From NCBI RefSeq assembly GCF_053078305.1, contig NZ_CP166879.1: 64,000 nucleotides of DNA; one strand, given 5' to 3'. How positions within the stretch are numbered: position 1 is the first letter of the stretch; every line of letters starts with the position of its first letter. The notes below the pieces were generated by a model. That model was not told the DNA's origin. It ran no database searches and saw only the letters and a list, made by a program, of their open reading frames with translations. Below are positions 10,996-19,922 of this stretch, in pieces. The translations under genes were made by a program, and so were the position numbers.

Positions 10996-11433
10996 TTACC
11001 TCCTGTATTTGCTGGTATTTATCCCGATCTCGTTTATGGCTACGGATATGTTGCCCGGAAAACGCGCTGTTTCAATCTTCTCCAGCTCGTTTTTCCGGTA
11101 ACGCTCCACGGTCACACTCAACGGGACGTTCCCCTGTCCGTACTCTTTACGAAGGCGATCAATACACTCCTGTACCAGTTCATCGCTGAAATAACGGGAT
11201 TCAAGCACAGACAGCAGCCCGTCTTTATTCTCAAACCCCTCTGTGACAGAGCGTACTTCGGCCTCCGTTGGACCATCCAGCCAGCTCACCCACACATTGT
11301 TGAAAACTTTCGGGAAAGATGGATCGCATTTCCGCACAGAAAATTTCTGTCCCGGAAATGTATACGCCAGCACATCCCTGATACGGGCCACAACAGCATC
11401 GTCAACATCAACCAGTGCGTTATCGTTCATCAC
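10996..11433 (-). CDS. hypothetical protein
   Basis: 145-aa ORF; starts 4 nt after the stop of the downstream gene; preceded by a family-A palindrome. Confidence 0.45.
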   Translation of the reverse strand: MMNDNALVDVDDAVVARIRDVLAYTFPGQKFSVRKCDPSFPKVFNNVWVSWLDGPTEAEVRSVTEGFENKDGLLSVLESRYFSDELVQECIDRLRKEYGQGNVPLSVTVERYRKNELEKIETARFPGNISVAINEIGINTSKYRR

Positions 11434-11467
11434 TCAGTTCCTCTGTAATCCTGAAATAACAGAGAGC

Positions 11468-11500
11468 ACTGCCCCGTGAGGGACAATGCCCTCACGGGAT
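11468..11500. promoter_or_regulatory. palindromic element, family A
   Basis: CCCCGTGAGGG-ACAATG-CCCTCACGGG: 10-bp perfect stem with 6-nt loop, about 40-65 bp upstream of start 11433. Confidence 0.45.
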
Positions 11501-11539
11501 AAATGGCGGTCAGGTTATAACCGCCACCGGTAGTAAAAA

Positions 11540-12517
11540 TTATGCTGCGCACTCCTGCGAAGTTCGCCGCGTCAGTAAATACTCTGATGCTTCACGTGCC
11601 TGCCGGCAGGCGCGAAACAGCGCTTTTTTGTCAGACTTCAGAACCTTAAGCCATCCGTCAATATAACTTTCGTGCTGTACGTCACCGGCAATCCCGAGAT
11701 GTGCACACAGAAAAGCACTGCCCATCTCGGCAATCAGCTCTTCAAACGCATATTCCGGGCTTTTGCGACCGGTAAAGGTACTTATCCCCACCCGCCGCAG
11801 GCGCTTTTCATGACCGGTACTGTGTACCAGCTCATGCAGCAGGGTGGCCTGGTAATCAGCCACCTGGTCAAACTGCGACGACAGTGGCATCACGATACGG
11901 TCAAGATCAGGCCGGTAGAATGCCCTGTCCTGTGGAAGTGACGAGACGCTGACGCCGCTGCCATTCAGTACCTGCAGCACCCGCTCACTGAAGGTATCTG
12001 CCGGCAGTGCATCCGCGCTGCCTTCCGCCTTCACCATCAGATGTTCAGGTAAACCGTCACACTGCCCCACATTAAACAGAGGATTCGATTTCAGTACCGG
12101 TACGATTTCCATGAGAGGCTCCCCCTCACTGTCCGTCAGCCGGTTACCGTGTTCATCCACAGCCTGTTTTTTCCAGTCTTTGTAAATCACCGCCAGCGTG
12201 GCCACCTCCCCTTTACGGACGTGGCCACCCAGTTGTTGCGCCTGACGGTACGTCAGCCAGTCATTGCTGACATACCCGGCTTCATCCGCGGCCAGCCACA
12301 GCAACAGGACGTTCACCCCTGTATAAGGCTTCCCGGTCAGGGCATTTGCCGGCATCATCTCCGGAAGCCCCACGCCATTACGCGCAGAGCGCCAGGGACG
12401 TTTCCAGGGTGGCACACCATTTTCAATGGCCGTAACAACCCTGTCGGTCACAAGCTGATACAGGTCACGTTCCGGAGTTTTAATCGCGGTACGTGAAGTA
12501 TGTTTTTTCGTTTTCAT
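11540..12517 (-). CDS. ardC: ArdC-like antirestriction protein (ssDNA-binding N-domain plus zincin-like metallopeptidase domain)
   Basis: C-terminal HExxH motif LLHELVHSTGHE; overall resemblance to ArdC/DUF1738; ORF 11540..12616 but ATG at 12517 (MKTKKHTSRT) with AGGGGG RBS is the likelier start. Confidence 0.7.
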   Translation of the reverse strand: MKTKKHTSRTAIKTPERDLYQLVTDRVVTAIENGVPPWKRPWRSARNGVGLPEMMPANALTGKPYTGVNVLLLWLAADEAGYVSNDWLTYRQAQQLGGHVRKGEVATLAVIYKDWKKQAVDEHGNRLTDSEGEPLMEIVPVLKSNPLFNVGQCDGLPEHLMVKAEGSADALPADTFSERVLQVLNGSGVSVSSLPQDRAFYRPDLDRIVMPLSSQFDQVADYQATLLHELVHSTGHEKRLRRVGISTFTGRKSPEYAFEELIAEMGSAFLCAHLGIAGDVQHESYIDGWLKVLKSDKKALFRACRQAREASEYLLTRRTSQECAA

Positions 12518-12550
12518 AAGAGCATGCCCCCTGAAAAAGATGCACGCTCC

Positions 12551-12576
12551 CTGTACGGTGAGAGTGCACCGTACAG
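12551..12576. promoter_or_regulatory. perfect inverted repeat CTGTACGGTG-AGAGTG-CACCGTACAG upstream of ardC-like gene
   Basis: 10-bp perfect stem about 35-60 bp upstream of the ATG at 12517. Confidence 0.4.
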
Positions 12577-12609
12577 TTAAATTAATAACGAAAATCAGAC
12601 TGGCCAGAA

Positions 12610-12993
12610 TTACCACAACGCCAGCATCACCAGTGAACGACGCTCAAAATCAAACGTCTTCAGCGTATTGCTGACCCACGCTTTTACGTCATCCACGTCA
12701 TACCAGTAATCACCGGCATAATCTTCCCCCCGTAAACACGAGCCTGTGACATAAGGAAACAGCCTGTGGCAGTTCCCCGGTGTCAGCATACTGAGGTCGC
12801 GCAATAATGCAGCCAGTGAACTGCGGGTTACAGGGAAAGCATGCTGCTCATCTGAAGCACCGGTATGTTCACGAAACCATGTCAGAAGAGGTTTCACCTT
12901 ACGGAAAGCCCCCACCTCCTGATGTTCCTGTGTTCCCACAACGGCACCACTGTGATGGTTATCACGAGCCAGAAAGTAAATATCGAGTCCCAT
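12610..12993 (-). CDS. hypothetical protein
   Basis: ORF 12610..13029; ATG at 12993 (MGLDIYF) has an AGGAGA RBS; palindrome CAGGGATATGTCCCTG at 13029-13044 lies upstream. Confidence 0.4.
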   Translation of the reverse strand: MGLDIYFLARDNHHSGAVVGTQEHQEVGAFRKVKPLLTWFREHTGASDEQHAFPVTRSSLAALLRDLSMLTPGNCHRLFPYVTGSCLRGEDYAGDYWYDVDDVKAWVSNTLKTFDFERRSLVMLALW

Positions 12994-13108
12994 AACAATT
13001 CTCCTGAATAAAGCCGGGACTCTCCCCACAGGGATATGTCCCTGCCGGGTGATATAATGACGGAATACGTGATGACGTTATTCCGGATAAAGAAACTACG
13101 GCGTTCTG

Positions 13109-13738
13109 TTACCGCCCACCGGCAAGAGCCCGCAGCCAGTAAAGCTGATATTCGGCCTCTTCCAGTGCTGCCCAGTCATCCGGGGATAACTGTCGCCCCT
13201 GACCGGACAAAAACTGCAGCAGTAAGCTGTCAAACACATCTCCCCTTACCAGGGTGGTTAATACAGACTCCGGAGCAGAAAAATTCTCATGCCCCAGGTA
13301 CCGTTTTATCCATTTCAGCGGCAGCGACCAGCTGGCACCACCGACAGTGGAATGAATACGAAAACAGTCCGGACACAGATTGTGCAACAGCACAAAGACT
13401 GTACGGGCAAAGAAATCTCCCGGCTGACGTCCGAAATTCAGCTCATTAAGAGCCAGAATATTCCGGCTGTGCTCCCGCTCAATAGTGACATTCACCGACC
13501 ACAGCCCGTCGGCAGACCGGCAGTAAAACGCCAGCGTGTCCGTTACCGGAAACAACTCTGACGCCCGGGTCAGGGAGCCGAAATACGCATTCTGCGGCCG
13601 TAACGCCTCCGGCAACTGCCAGAAGGTTTCAGTGGCAGCCAGAACAAAAGCATGCCACTGCTTTTCCGGTATTGTGGAAACCTGCTCAAGGGTATATACC
13701 ACCGGCTCACGGGCCGGACGTGAAGATAACTCAGACAT
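13109..13738 (-). CDS. hypothetical protein
   Basis: ORF 13109..13768; ATG at 13738 (MSELSSRPA) has a GAGGAA RBS. Confidence 0.45.
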   Translation of the reverse strand: MSELSSRPAREPVVYTLEQVSTIPEKQWHAFVLAATETFWQLPEALRPQNAYFGSLTRASELFPVTDTLAFYCRSADGLWSVNVTIEREHSRNILALNELNFGRQPGDFFARTVFVLLHNLCPDCFRIHSTVGGASWSLPLKWIKRYLGHENFSAPESVLTTLVRGDVFDSLLLQFLSGQGRQLSPDDWAALEEAEYQLYWLRALAGGR

Positions 13739-13790
13739 GGAACATTCCTCATGGTTAAAACGAAACAACGGGGAATGTCTCCCGGACGGA

Positions 13791-13817
13791 GAACTCCCCC
13801 GTCAGGGTCAGGTCATG
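13791..13817. promoter_or_regulatory. palindromic element, family B variant (CCCGGACGG-AGAACT-CCCCCGTCAGGG)
   Basis: imperfect inverted repeat about 50-80 bp upstream of start 13738. Confidence 0.35.
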
Positions 13818-13819
13818 AA

Positions 13820-14197
13820 TTACATCATGTCGTGCCGGGCAAAATATTCATCCGCTCCGGCCACCATCTTTCCGGTACTGATACTGTCAGCCCAGATTTC
13901 ATGATTAATTTCACGCCCCAGAGCCATCAGACTGTCGAGTGCCTGACGGGCCTGAATTCCCGGTGCGGAAATCTCCTCCTGCTCCAGGTCATACAACAGC
14001 CAGCCCAGCGCCTCGCCGGTATCCCACAGATACACGTATACCAGTGAAGGCTCCGTCTCATCATCCGGCTCCGGGGTAATACCCAGCCGTTGCCAGGCTC
14101 GTAACCGCATCAGCTCGCCTTCCATCTGACTGATATGAGCCAGCAGAGCAGACTGCGTCTGAAGCGCTGAATAATGAGCAATTAAAGGTGAATACAT
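13820..14197 (-). CDS. hypothetical protein
   Basis: 125 aa; ATG at 14197 with a GGAGG RBS. Confidence 0.45.
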   Translation of the reverse strand: MYSPLIAHYSALQTQSALLAHISQMEGELMRLRAWQRLGITPEPDDETEPSLVYVYLWDTGEALGWLLYDLEQEEISAPGIQARQALDSLMALGREINHEIWADSISTGKMVAGADEYFARHDMM

Positions 14198-14227
14198 GAT
14201 GACCTCCGTCTCTTAAAGGAAGTCCTG

Positions 14228-14257
14228 TCCCTGACGGAACAAAACTCCCGTCAGGGA
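14228..14257. promoter_or_regulatory. palindromic element, family B (CCCTGACGG-AACAAAACT-CCCGTCAGGG)
   Basis: 9-10 bp stem with an A-rich loop about 30-60 bp upstream of start 14197; near-identical copy at 15379-15406. Confidence 0.45.
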
Positions 14258-14509
14258 AAACACCGGCGCAAAAACACGGTGCAGTAAGTAAAAGAAAAAC
14301 CGTTACGGGAGCAAAACAGCCATCATTGCAAAATGGCAGTTGCATCGCTCACGATTTGACATCCTTCCTGTGACTGACTGGCATCCTGCCCGTCAGTCTG
14401 CGTCGGAAAATTCAATACAGGCCTGCTTCAGGAGCCCGGCTATACGTTGATTCAGACATTCCGTCCAGCCATCGTTCCATCCACGCTCCCATGGATTGCA
14501 GACATCCTC

Positions 14510-14872
14510 CTATGGATTGCAGACATCGTTACAGCCATTCTTCCATGTCTTCCATGCCTCCATCTCCATGACAGCCCCCAGCCTGTGGCCTTTCACACGT
14601 ATATGCCACAGAAACGGCCGGAAAAGTCCTGATTTCAGTTGGTCACCACCGCTTTTGTAGCCCAGATGACATGCAACACTTTCAGTATATTCAAATGCAT
14701 CATTCTGCATTCCAGCCGCCTTAGCCAGCGAGCTGTACGCATCACGAAGTATCGTCATACCTTCCAGTTGATACTCACACCACGCACGGACAGCCGACAC
14801 TGGTGCGATTACCCGAAGAATGGTGCAGGGACGCCATACAACAATGTAAAGGAGTATTAACAGACTATGCAT
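14510..14872 (-). CDS. hypothetical protein (weak call)
   Basis: 120-aa ORF preceded by palindrome GGGAACACAC...GTGTTCCC (14900-14933); no family recognised. Confidence 0.25.
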   Translation of the reverse strand: MHSLLILLYIVVWRPCTILRVIAPVSAVRAWCEYQLEGMTILRDAYSSLAKAAGMQNDAFEYTESVACHLGYKSGGDQLKSGLFRPFLWHIRVKGHRLGAVMEMEAWKTWKNGCNDVCNP

Positions 14873-14954
14873 GTGTTCACCTCAGATACAAAAAATAACG
14901 GGAACACACCTGCCTTGCGGGAAGCGTGTTCCCGACAGGGTAATAAATGATAAA

Positions 14955-15293
14955 TCAGCAGGGCTGTGCGACGATTCCATCACCCTGCAGACCAAACCGG
15001 TAACGCAGGGTGGTCAGTTGCTCCGCCATACGGCAGGCAGCATGCCATGTCCTGCGACGGGATATCCGTCCGGTAAACCGGTTCAGATAAATGACCTCAC
15101 GCGGTAACGGCTGATACCATCCTGTGTACTCGTTGCGATACATTCCCTGCCGGTAATACAGGCAGGGTGTCCAGACACCGCCACGACGGAACATACAGAC
15201 CCGCACGCTCAGATTGCCGGCCGGATTAGTGTACCAGCGACTGTAATATGACAGGTTATTGCGGGAAAAAAACACCCGCAACTGAGCCGTCAT
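14955..15293 (-). CDS. hypothetical protein (weak call)
   Basis: ORF 14955..15515 runs through a palindrome; internal ATG at 15293 is the more plausible start. Confidence 0.2.
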   Translation of the reverse strand: MTAQLRVFFSRNNLSYYSRWYTNPAGNLSVRVCMFRRGGVWTPCLYYRQGMYRNEYTGWYQPLPREVIYLNRFTGRISRRRTWHAACRMAEQLTTLRYRFGLQGDGIVAQPC

Positions 15294-15378
15294 TCGCCGG
15301 AAAAAAGAAGAGATGCCCGGTTCAGGGCACAAAATAAACGTTGACATAAAGACTCCTGTAAAAAAACGGGAGCCTTCG

Positions 15379-15406
15379 CCCCGACGGACAAAAACTCCCG
15401 TCAGGG
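15379..15406. promoter_or_regulatory. palindromic element, family B (CCCCGACGG-ACAAAAACT-CCCGTCAGGG)
   Basis: read directly; same architecture as 14228-14257. Confidence 0.45.
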
Positions 15407-15450
15407 TTAAAACACCACCAGTACAGCATGGTGTTGCTGTCAGAAAAAGC

Positions 15451-15706
15451 CCGTTAATAAAGGGCGCAGTTATAAAGAAACCTTCATCGTCATGACTGAC
15501 GATATCTGCTCTCAAAGGTGGGCAGATTTACCACCACCAGAAACATCCTGGCTGCACATCCCCTTTCAGGTTACGGGGGTGTTGATCACCCGAAGGCGTT
15601 CCTCTCAGATCAACGGAACATTGGTGCCCACCGAAGCGGGATGTGGTCACCCGAAGGCGCTCCTCTCAGACCACTTATGGAGCATTGGTGGTCGCCGAAG
15701 CGACAT
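15451..15706. repeat. direct repeat copy 1 (~255 bp) flanking the recombinase cassette
   Basis: near-identical to 17784..18037 by eye; contains tandem ~63-bp hairpin units. Confidence 0.85.
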
Positions 15707-15770
15707 GTAGCCACCCGAAGGCGCTCCTCTCAGGCCACTTGTGGAGCATTGGTGGTCGCCGGAGCGACAT
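15581..15770. repeat. tandem array of three ~63-bp structured units
   Basis: units begin at about 15581, 15643 and 15707; each opens with a 6-7 bp stem (TTGATC/GATCAA; TGGTC/GACCA) around the conserved loop ACCCGAAGGCG(C/T)TCCTCTCA. Confidence 0.8.
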
Positions 15771-15812
15771 ATAAGCCTGTATATTTTTAAATCACAAAAG
15801 ATGAATGTCAAG

Positions 15813-16136
15813 TTATTCAACATCAATCCAAAGAGGAATATTATGTATTCCCTTAACGGGTTCTCCCAGAGGAAAAACACAGGTCCCTTTAATCAGTATT
15901 TTTCTTCCCGACCATCTGACATCACAGTTAAAATCTCCCACCACATCAAAATAATCCGCAATGGATTCATAGATGTCCCATTCATCATAGATATCCCATT
16001 TATCTGCTGTTCCTTCACATTCAAACTCGGCCTGATATCCGGAATCAACATATCGCGCCAGATAGTGTGACCACAAAGGCGAATTTTTTGTAATCTCTTT
16101 TACAGAGATTATTTTCAGCAAAATAGTACAATCCAT
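15813..16136 (-). CDS. hypothetical protein downstream of recombinase
   Basis: 107-aa ORF, AT-rich, acidic; no family recognised. Confidence 0.35.
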   Translation of the reverse strand: MDCTILLKIISVKEITKNSPLWSHYLARYVDSGYQAEFECEGTADKWDIYDEWDIYESIADYFDVVGDFNCDVRWSGRKILIKGTCVFPLGEPVKGIHNIPLWIDVE

Positions 16137-16168
16137 AATATTTACCCGTACGAAATCGCCATGAGTTA

Positions 16169-17071
16169 TTACTCATAGCCTAACAACTGACAATAAACCT
16201 GTTCAATATATCGTCCTCTGCCATCACCATGACCAAGATCAATTGATGTCAGTGCAAGTGCCTCCTTATAACTGTAACCGTTCATAATATGATATTTCAT
16301 GGCACTTGCAGCGTAACTGTACCGAAAACTGTGTGCAGTCTCATCTCTGCCTTTCAGTTCTCCATAACGACGTAATGTATTAAGATAATAATCCATTGCC
16401 GACTTAAGATTATCTCTGTCTATAAGACGTCCATTATGTTCACTGGCATATTTGAGTGCATAATTAACAGCATCAAGAACGTTATCCCGGTCAACAACCG
16501 TTGTCATTCTTTCCCGTCCCCCTTTCGTACCAAAAATCACTCTTATTTTTTCATCTCCCCGTTGTAACGCTTTTTTCCAGGTTCGTAATGATTTGGCCGA
16601 CTGGATAGCTTCTTCATTTCTCAGACCGAGGTAACGTGACAGTTTAACAACAGCAGCCACCCCTTTATCTTTTGCTTCCACACGCTGAAGAATCTCCCGA
16701 AAACGCTCATCCGTGATTAATTTTTTTGTTCCCTTACGACTGGAGCCGGAAATGCCTAACGCTTTATTGCTGAGACGAGGATGTTCGGGATCAGCCATCT
16801 TATATTTACCTGCCTGACGTAACATAACCCGTATTGCAGACATTTCATTTTCCCTTGTTCGCCCAGAAACATTATTCCGGCTTCTCATATATAGCTCAAT
16901 ATGCCGGACTTTTACCTGCGCGGCAGAACTGATCTGTACATTCATTTTTGCCAGACTTTCAGCAAAGCGGTGCATGATCCTGGTGTAATCACTCAGCTTC
17001 TTGAAGCTGCCTTTGTCTTTTCGAATGTGAGCAACCAGATCCTGTTTCAGTAATTTTTCACGTCTGGACAT
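16169..17071 (-). CDS. tyrosine site-specific recombinase (phage-integrase family, ~300 aa)
   Basis: C-terminal catalytic signature HSFRYSYA ... LGHGDGRGRY (HxxR ... Y) and box-I-like RYLGLRNEE; ORF starts with GTG at 17086, ATG at 17071 has an AGGAG RBS. Confidence 0.85.
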   Translation of the reverse strand: MSRREKLLKQDLVAHIRKDKGSFKKLSDYTRIMHRFAESLAKMNVQISSAAQVKVRHIELYMRSRNNVSGRTRENEMSAIRVMLRQAGKYKMADPEHPRLSNKALGISGSSRKGTKKLITDERFREILQRVEAKDKGVAAVVKLSRYLGLRNEEAIQSAKSLRTWKKALQRGDEKIRVIFGTKGGRERMTTVVDRDNVLDAVNYALKYASEHNGRLIDRDNLKSAMDYYLNTLRRYGELKGRDETAHSFRYSYAASAMKYHIMNGYSYKEALALTSIDLGHGDGRGRYIEQVYCQLLGYE

Positions 17072-17120
17072 CAACTTCTCCTGCACATAATAATTTTTAC
17101 CTTAAACAGCTGTACGTTCG

Positions 17121-17171
17121 GCAGATGAGTTTTTCTGTTGTGCCGTGAACACAACAGAAAAACTCATCTGC
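17121..17171. promoter_or_regulatory. 22-bp perfect inverted repeat upstream of recombinase gene
   Basis: GCAGATGAGTTTTTCTGTTGTG - CCGTGAA - CACAACAGAAAAACTCATCTGC, 50-100 bp upstream of start 17071. Confidence 0.5.
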
Positions 17172-17783
17172 ATTTCTCCCTGACGACACGGTTAAACGTT
17201 GCGATCCTTCGGGTAGTGACTGCCTGTGCGCCAGGGTAGCGCAGATTGTTTAGGTATTGAGGGGTAACAAATCGGTGTTGCACACCGACTGCAGCATTTG
17301 CTGTACCTGTCTCCAGGTCGCCCCCGACACCACCTCTAATAAGTGGTATCGCCGATTCGGCATCTCACTACATAAAACTCCTTAAAAAAACAATTGATTC
17401 TGCAAAAAACCATTTATGGACGTTATTCACAAAATCGTCCGTAAATTTGCAGAAGAGGTTGAAAAAACACTCTCACGCCGGGTCACTTCTTCAAATGTTA
17501 AAAAACATCACGTGAAACGGCAGTTCGTGCGGGTTCGTTAAGCAGACGCGCGTGCGTCACTTTGTCATCGTGACACGCTGACGAAAGTGACGCCGCGCAG
17601 CTTCAGACGCCAGATACACGCGTAAGCGACCAAATTTCAAATGGTCTTATACAGCGCGCACAGTCGCAGGAAGTGCTGGCAAACAAATGAAAAGAATAAA
17701 AGAAGTCAATACCGCCATTACGCAGTAAGAACATTCCGGCATCACCGGATGGATAAGGATCACACAACCACTGCTGTGTATTG

Positions 17784-18037
17784 CCCGTAATAAAGGGCGC
17801 GGTTAAAAGAAACCTTCATCGTCATGACTGACGATATCTGCTCTCAAAGGTGGGCAGATTTACCACCACCAGAAACATCCTGGCTGCACATCCCCTTTCA
17901 GGTTACGGGGGTGTTGATCACCCGAAGGCGTTCCTCTCAGATCAACGGAACATTGGTGCCCACCGAAGCGGGATGTGGTCACCCGAAGGCGCTCCTCTCA
18001 GACCACTTATGGAGCATTGGTGGTCGCCGAAACGACA
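17784..18037. repeat. direct repeat copy 2 (~255 bp) with two tandem ~63-bp units (17913-18037)
   Basis: near-identical to 15451..15706. Confidence 0.85.
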
Positions 18038-18385
18038 GATAATGTATTCTGAGCATATCAGAGCGCATAAAAGGCGTCAATTATCCATGCTCCCTCACGA
18101 AACAGAAGCTGAACTCTTAACACCTGCTATCGGAACTCACTGAATAAACAACTAAAAAGGACATTGTGAAAATTAACATCAACAGTATGTAAAGTGATTT
18201 GTTTTGTCTTAAATGGGTGAATGTAAAAAAATATTCTATACAATCCACACATCCTTGTATCATATATCAAGTAAACATCCACAGAGATAACAGCTTATTT
18301 CAAATAAGCAGATTCTGTTTGATACTTCAGAAAAATAGTATATGCTCCTGATTTACTGATGTTATAAGTTATACAGGATAGTTAA

Positions 18386-19342
18386 ATGTGTGATTTTATA
18401 AAATCATGTTATGCAGCACCAAGAATTAACAAAATGGCTGATTTTTTCTCATCAACAGCATCTGGAGTAAAACATAAACCTTTGAAGCATGTAAAAATTG
18501 ATAACAGGCTTTTCCCATCTCCTGAGTATATAATTTTTTCTGACTATCTTACGAAAAACAGTGGTCCATTTGTTAACCACTACTTTTGCAGTATTCCATA
18601 CAGCAAAGAAGAAGAATGCAGGCTGGGTGTGACTATTATGAAATATGCAAGCCATCGAAATAAGCCATTGAGCTTATGGTGTCTTGGAATGGCAGAAGGA
18701 GCCATGGCCAGAACAATTTCTCAACTATCAAAAGGACAGGTTTTATCATTAACAACCAGCCCAACAAAAGAAAATGAACCTGTATTCTTTAGTCATGGTT
18801 CTCATATTCACTCTTACTTTATTTGCTCCCCATTCTTTCTTGTTCATGAAGAAATAAAAAATAACAACCCTGAACTATTTCCTCATGGTTTTGATATTAT
18901 AATAGAAGATACAACGTTTCAGATGTATTCTCCCGACAGAGAACAACAAATAAAACATGTAAAAAAAACATTAAAATACGATGGTATTTTCATTTTCACA
19001 GAGAAATTTTCCACCTCCACAAAAGAATATCAGATTAGAGAATATCAAAAAGATTTTTCATTTAAACAAAGATATTTTTCACAAGATGAAATAGACGCAA
19101 AAAAAGAAAACGTTCTTAATATCATGAATTTAAATGAAGTAACTCTCGAAAGAATGATTACAGCCATTAAGTCACATTTTAAATATTATTCTGTCTACTG
19201 GAATAGTGGTAATTTCTATTCAATAGCTGCCAGCAATTCGCAAAAAAACATTTCTGACTTTATAATGTTGCTTCCTGAGGCAGCCATACCTATGGAGTAT
19301 GTTTATTTTAAGGTTCCAACCAGAATAACAGGAGTTATATAA
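18386..19342 (+). CDS. hypothetical protein, possibly SAM-dependent methyltransferase-like
   Basis: 318 aa, very AT-rich; weak motif-I-like SLWCLGMAEGAM and motif-II-like FDIIIEDTTF. Confidence 0.4.
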   Translation: MCDFIKSCYAAPRINKMADFFSSTASGVKHKPLKHVKIDNRLFPSPEYIIFSDYLTKNSGPFVNHYFCSIPYSKEEECRLGVTIMKYASHRNKPLSLWCLGMAEGAMARTISQLSKGQVLSLTTSPTKENEPVFFSHGSHIHSYFICSPFFLVHEEIKNNNPELFPHGFDIIIEDTTFQMYSPDREQQIKHVKKTLKYDGIFIFTEKFSTSTKEYQIREYQKDFSFKQRYFSQDEIDAKKENVLNIMNLNEVTLERMITAIKSHFKYYSVYWNSGNFYSIAASNSQKNISDFIMLLPEAAIPMEYVYFKVPTRITGVI

Positions 19343-19346
19343 TCCC

Positions 19347-19922
19347 ATGGACTTCTCAACATTAATAACATTCTCTATTATAACCTTATCACAAACAGTA
19401 TCGATTGGTCCGGGGGTGGCATTAATCATATCTGAAAGTCTGACATATGGTGCAAAAAAAGCAATAACGACAAGTATATATATAAGATTTGGCGAAATTG
19501 TTGTCATGCTAGTCACACTATTTTCTATAGCACTGGCAATCAATTTAGAAAAACATCTTGACACAATAAAAACTTGTGGTGGTGGATATCTGATTTTTCT
19601 TGGTATTACTCGTCTCATCAAGAGAAAAGGATCTAAAGGAAACAAAGCAAATATCCCTTTTTTAATACCGATGCTCAATCCAAAGGCCTTTTTGTTCTTT
19701 GCTGCATTTATGCCATCATTCATAAAAAACAACAGTAACTTTAATACTGACTTTTTGTTACTTTGTATCATTTTTATAATTGTGTCATTACTCACTGACT
19801 TAATATATATATGTATATGTTTAACTATAAGAGGGCGTATAAATTCATCATTTTCAAAATATGTTAATTTTATCAGCTCTTTATTTATACTTTTAACTGG
19901 CGCATATCTGGTTTTTTTATGA
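19347..19922 (+). CDS. LysE/RhtB-family amino-acid or metabolite exporter
   Basis: 191 aa, multi-pass hydrophobic; N-terminal SIGPGVALI resembles the LysE signature; starts 4 nt after the upstream gene. Confidence 0.65.
   Translation: MDFSTLITFSIITLSQTVSIGPGVALIISESLTYGAKKAITTSIYIRFGEIVVMLVTLFSIALAINLEKHLDTIKTCGGGYLIFLGITRLIKRKGSKGNKANIPFLIPMLNPKAFLFFAAFMPSFIKNNSNFNTDFLLLCIIFIIVSLLTDLIYICICLTIRGRINSSFSKYVNFISSLFILLTGAYLVFL

Noticed and set aside
9573-15406. Calling the GC-rich palindromes Rho-independent terminators
   Set aside because: None is followed by the required U-tract on the transcribed strand, and they sit at a fixed distance upstream of start codons, so a terminator call is not supported.
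15581-15770. Tandem ~63-bp units considered as a CRISPR array
   Set aside because: Units are contiguous with no unique spacers between them and no cas genes are nearby; they behave as tandem structured repeats.
15451-18037. Integron (IntI plus attC cassettes) interpretation of the recombinase and hairpin units
   Set aside because: The recombinase lacks IntI-like sequence features, and the unit ends (GTTGATC ... GATCAAC) are in the opposite order to attC R'' and R' boxes; resemblance is only superficial.
15492-18143. Duplicated ORFs 15492..15710 / 17824..18042 and 15518..15790 / 17850..18143 inside the direct repeats
   Set aside because: They lie entirely in the repeated hairpin units; the compensatory substitutions preserve base pairing, not protein sequence, so they are more likely non-coding.
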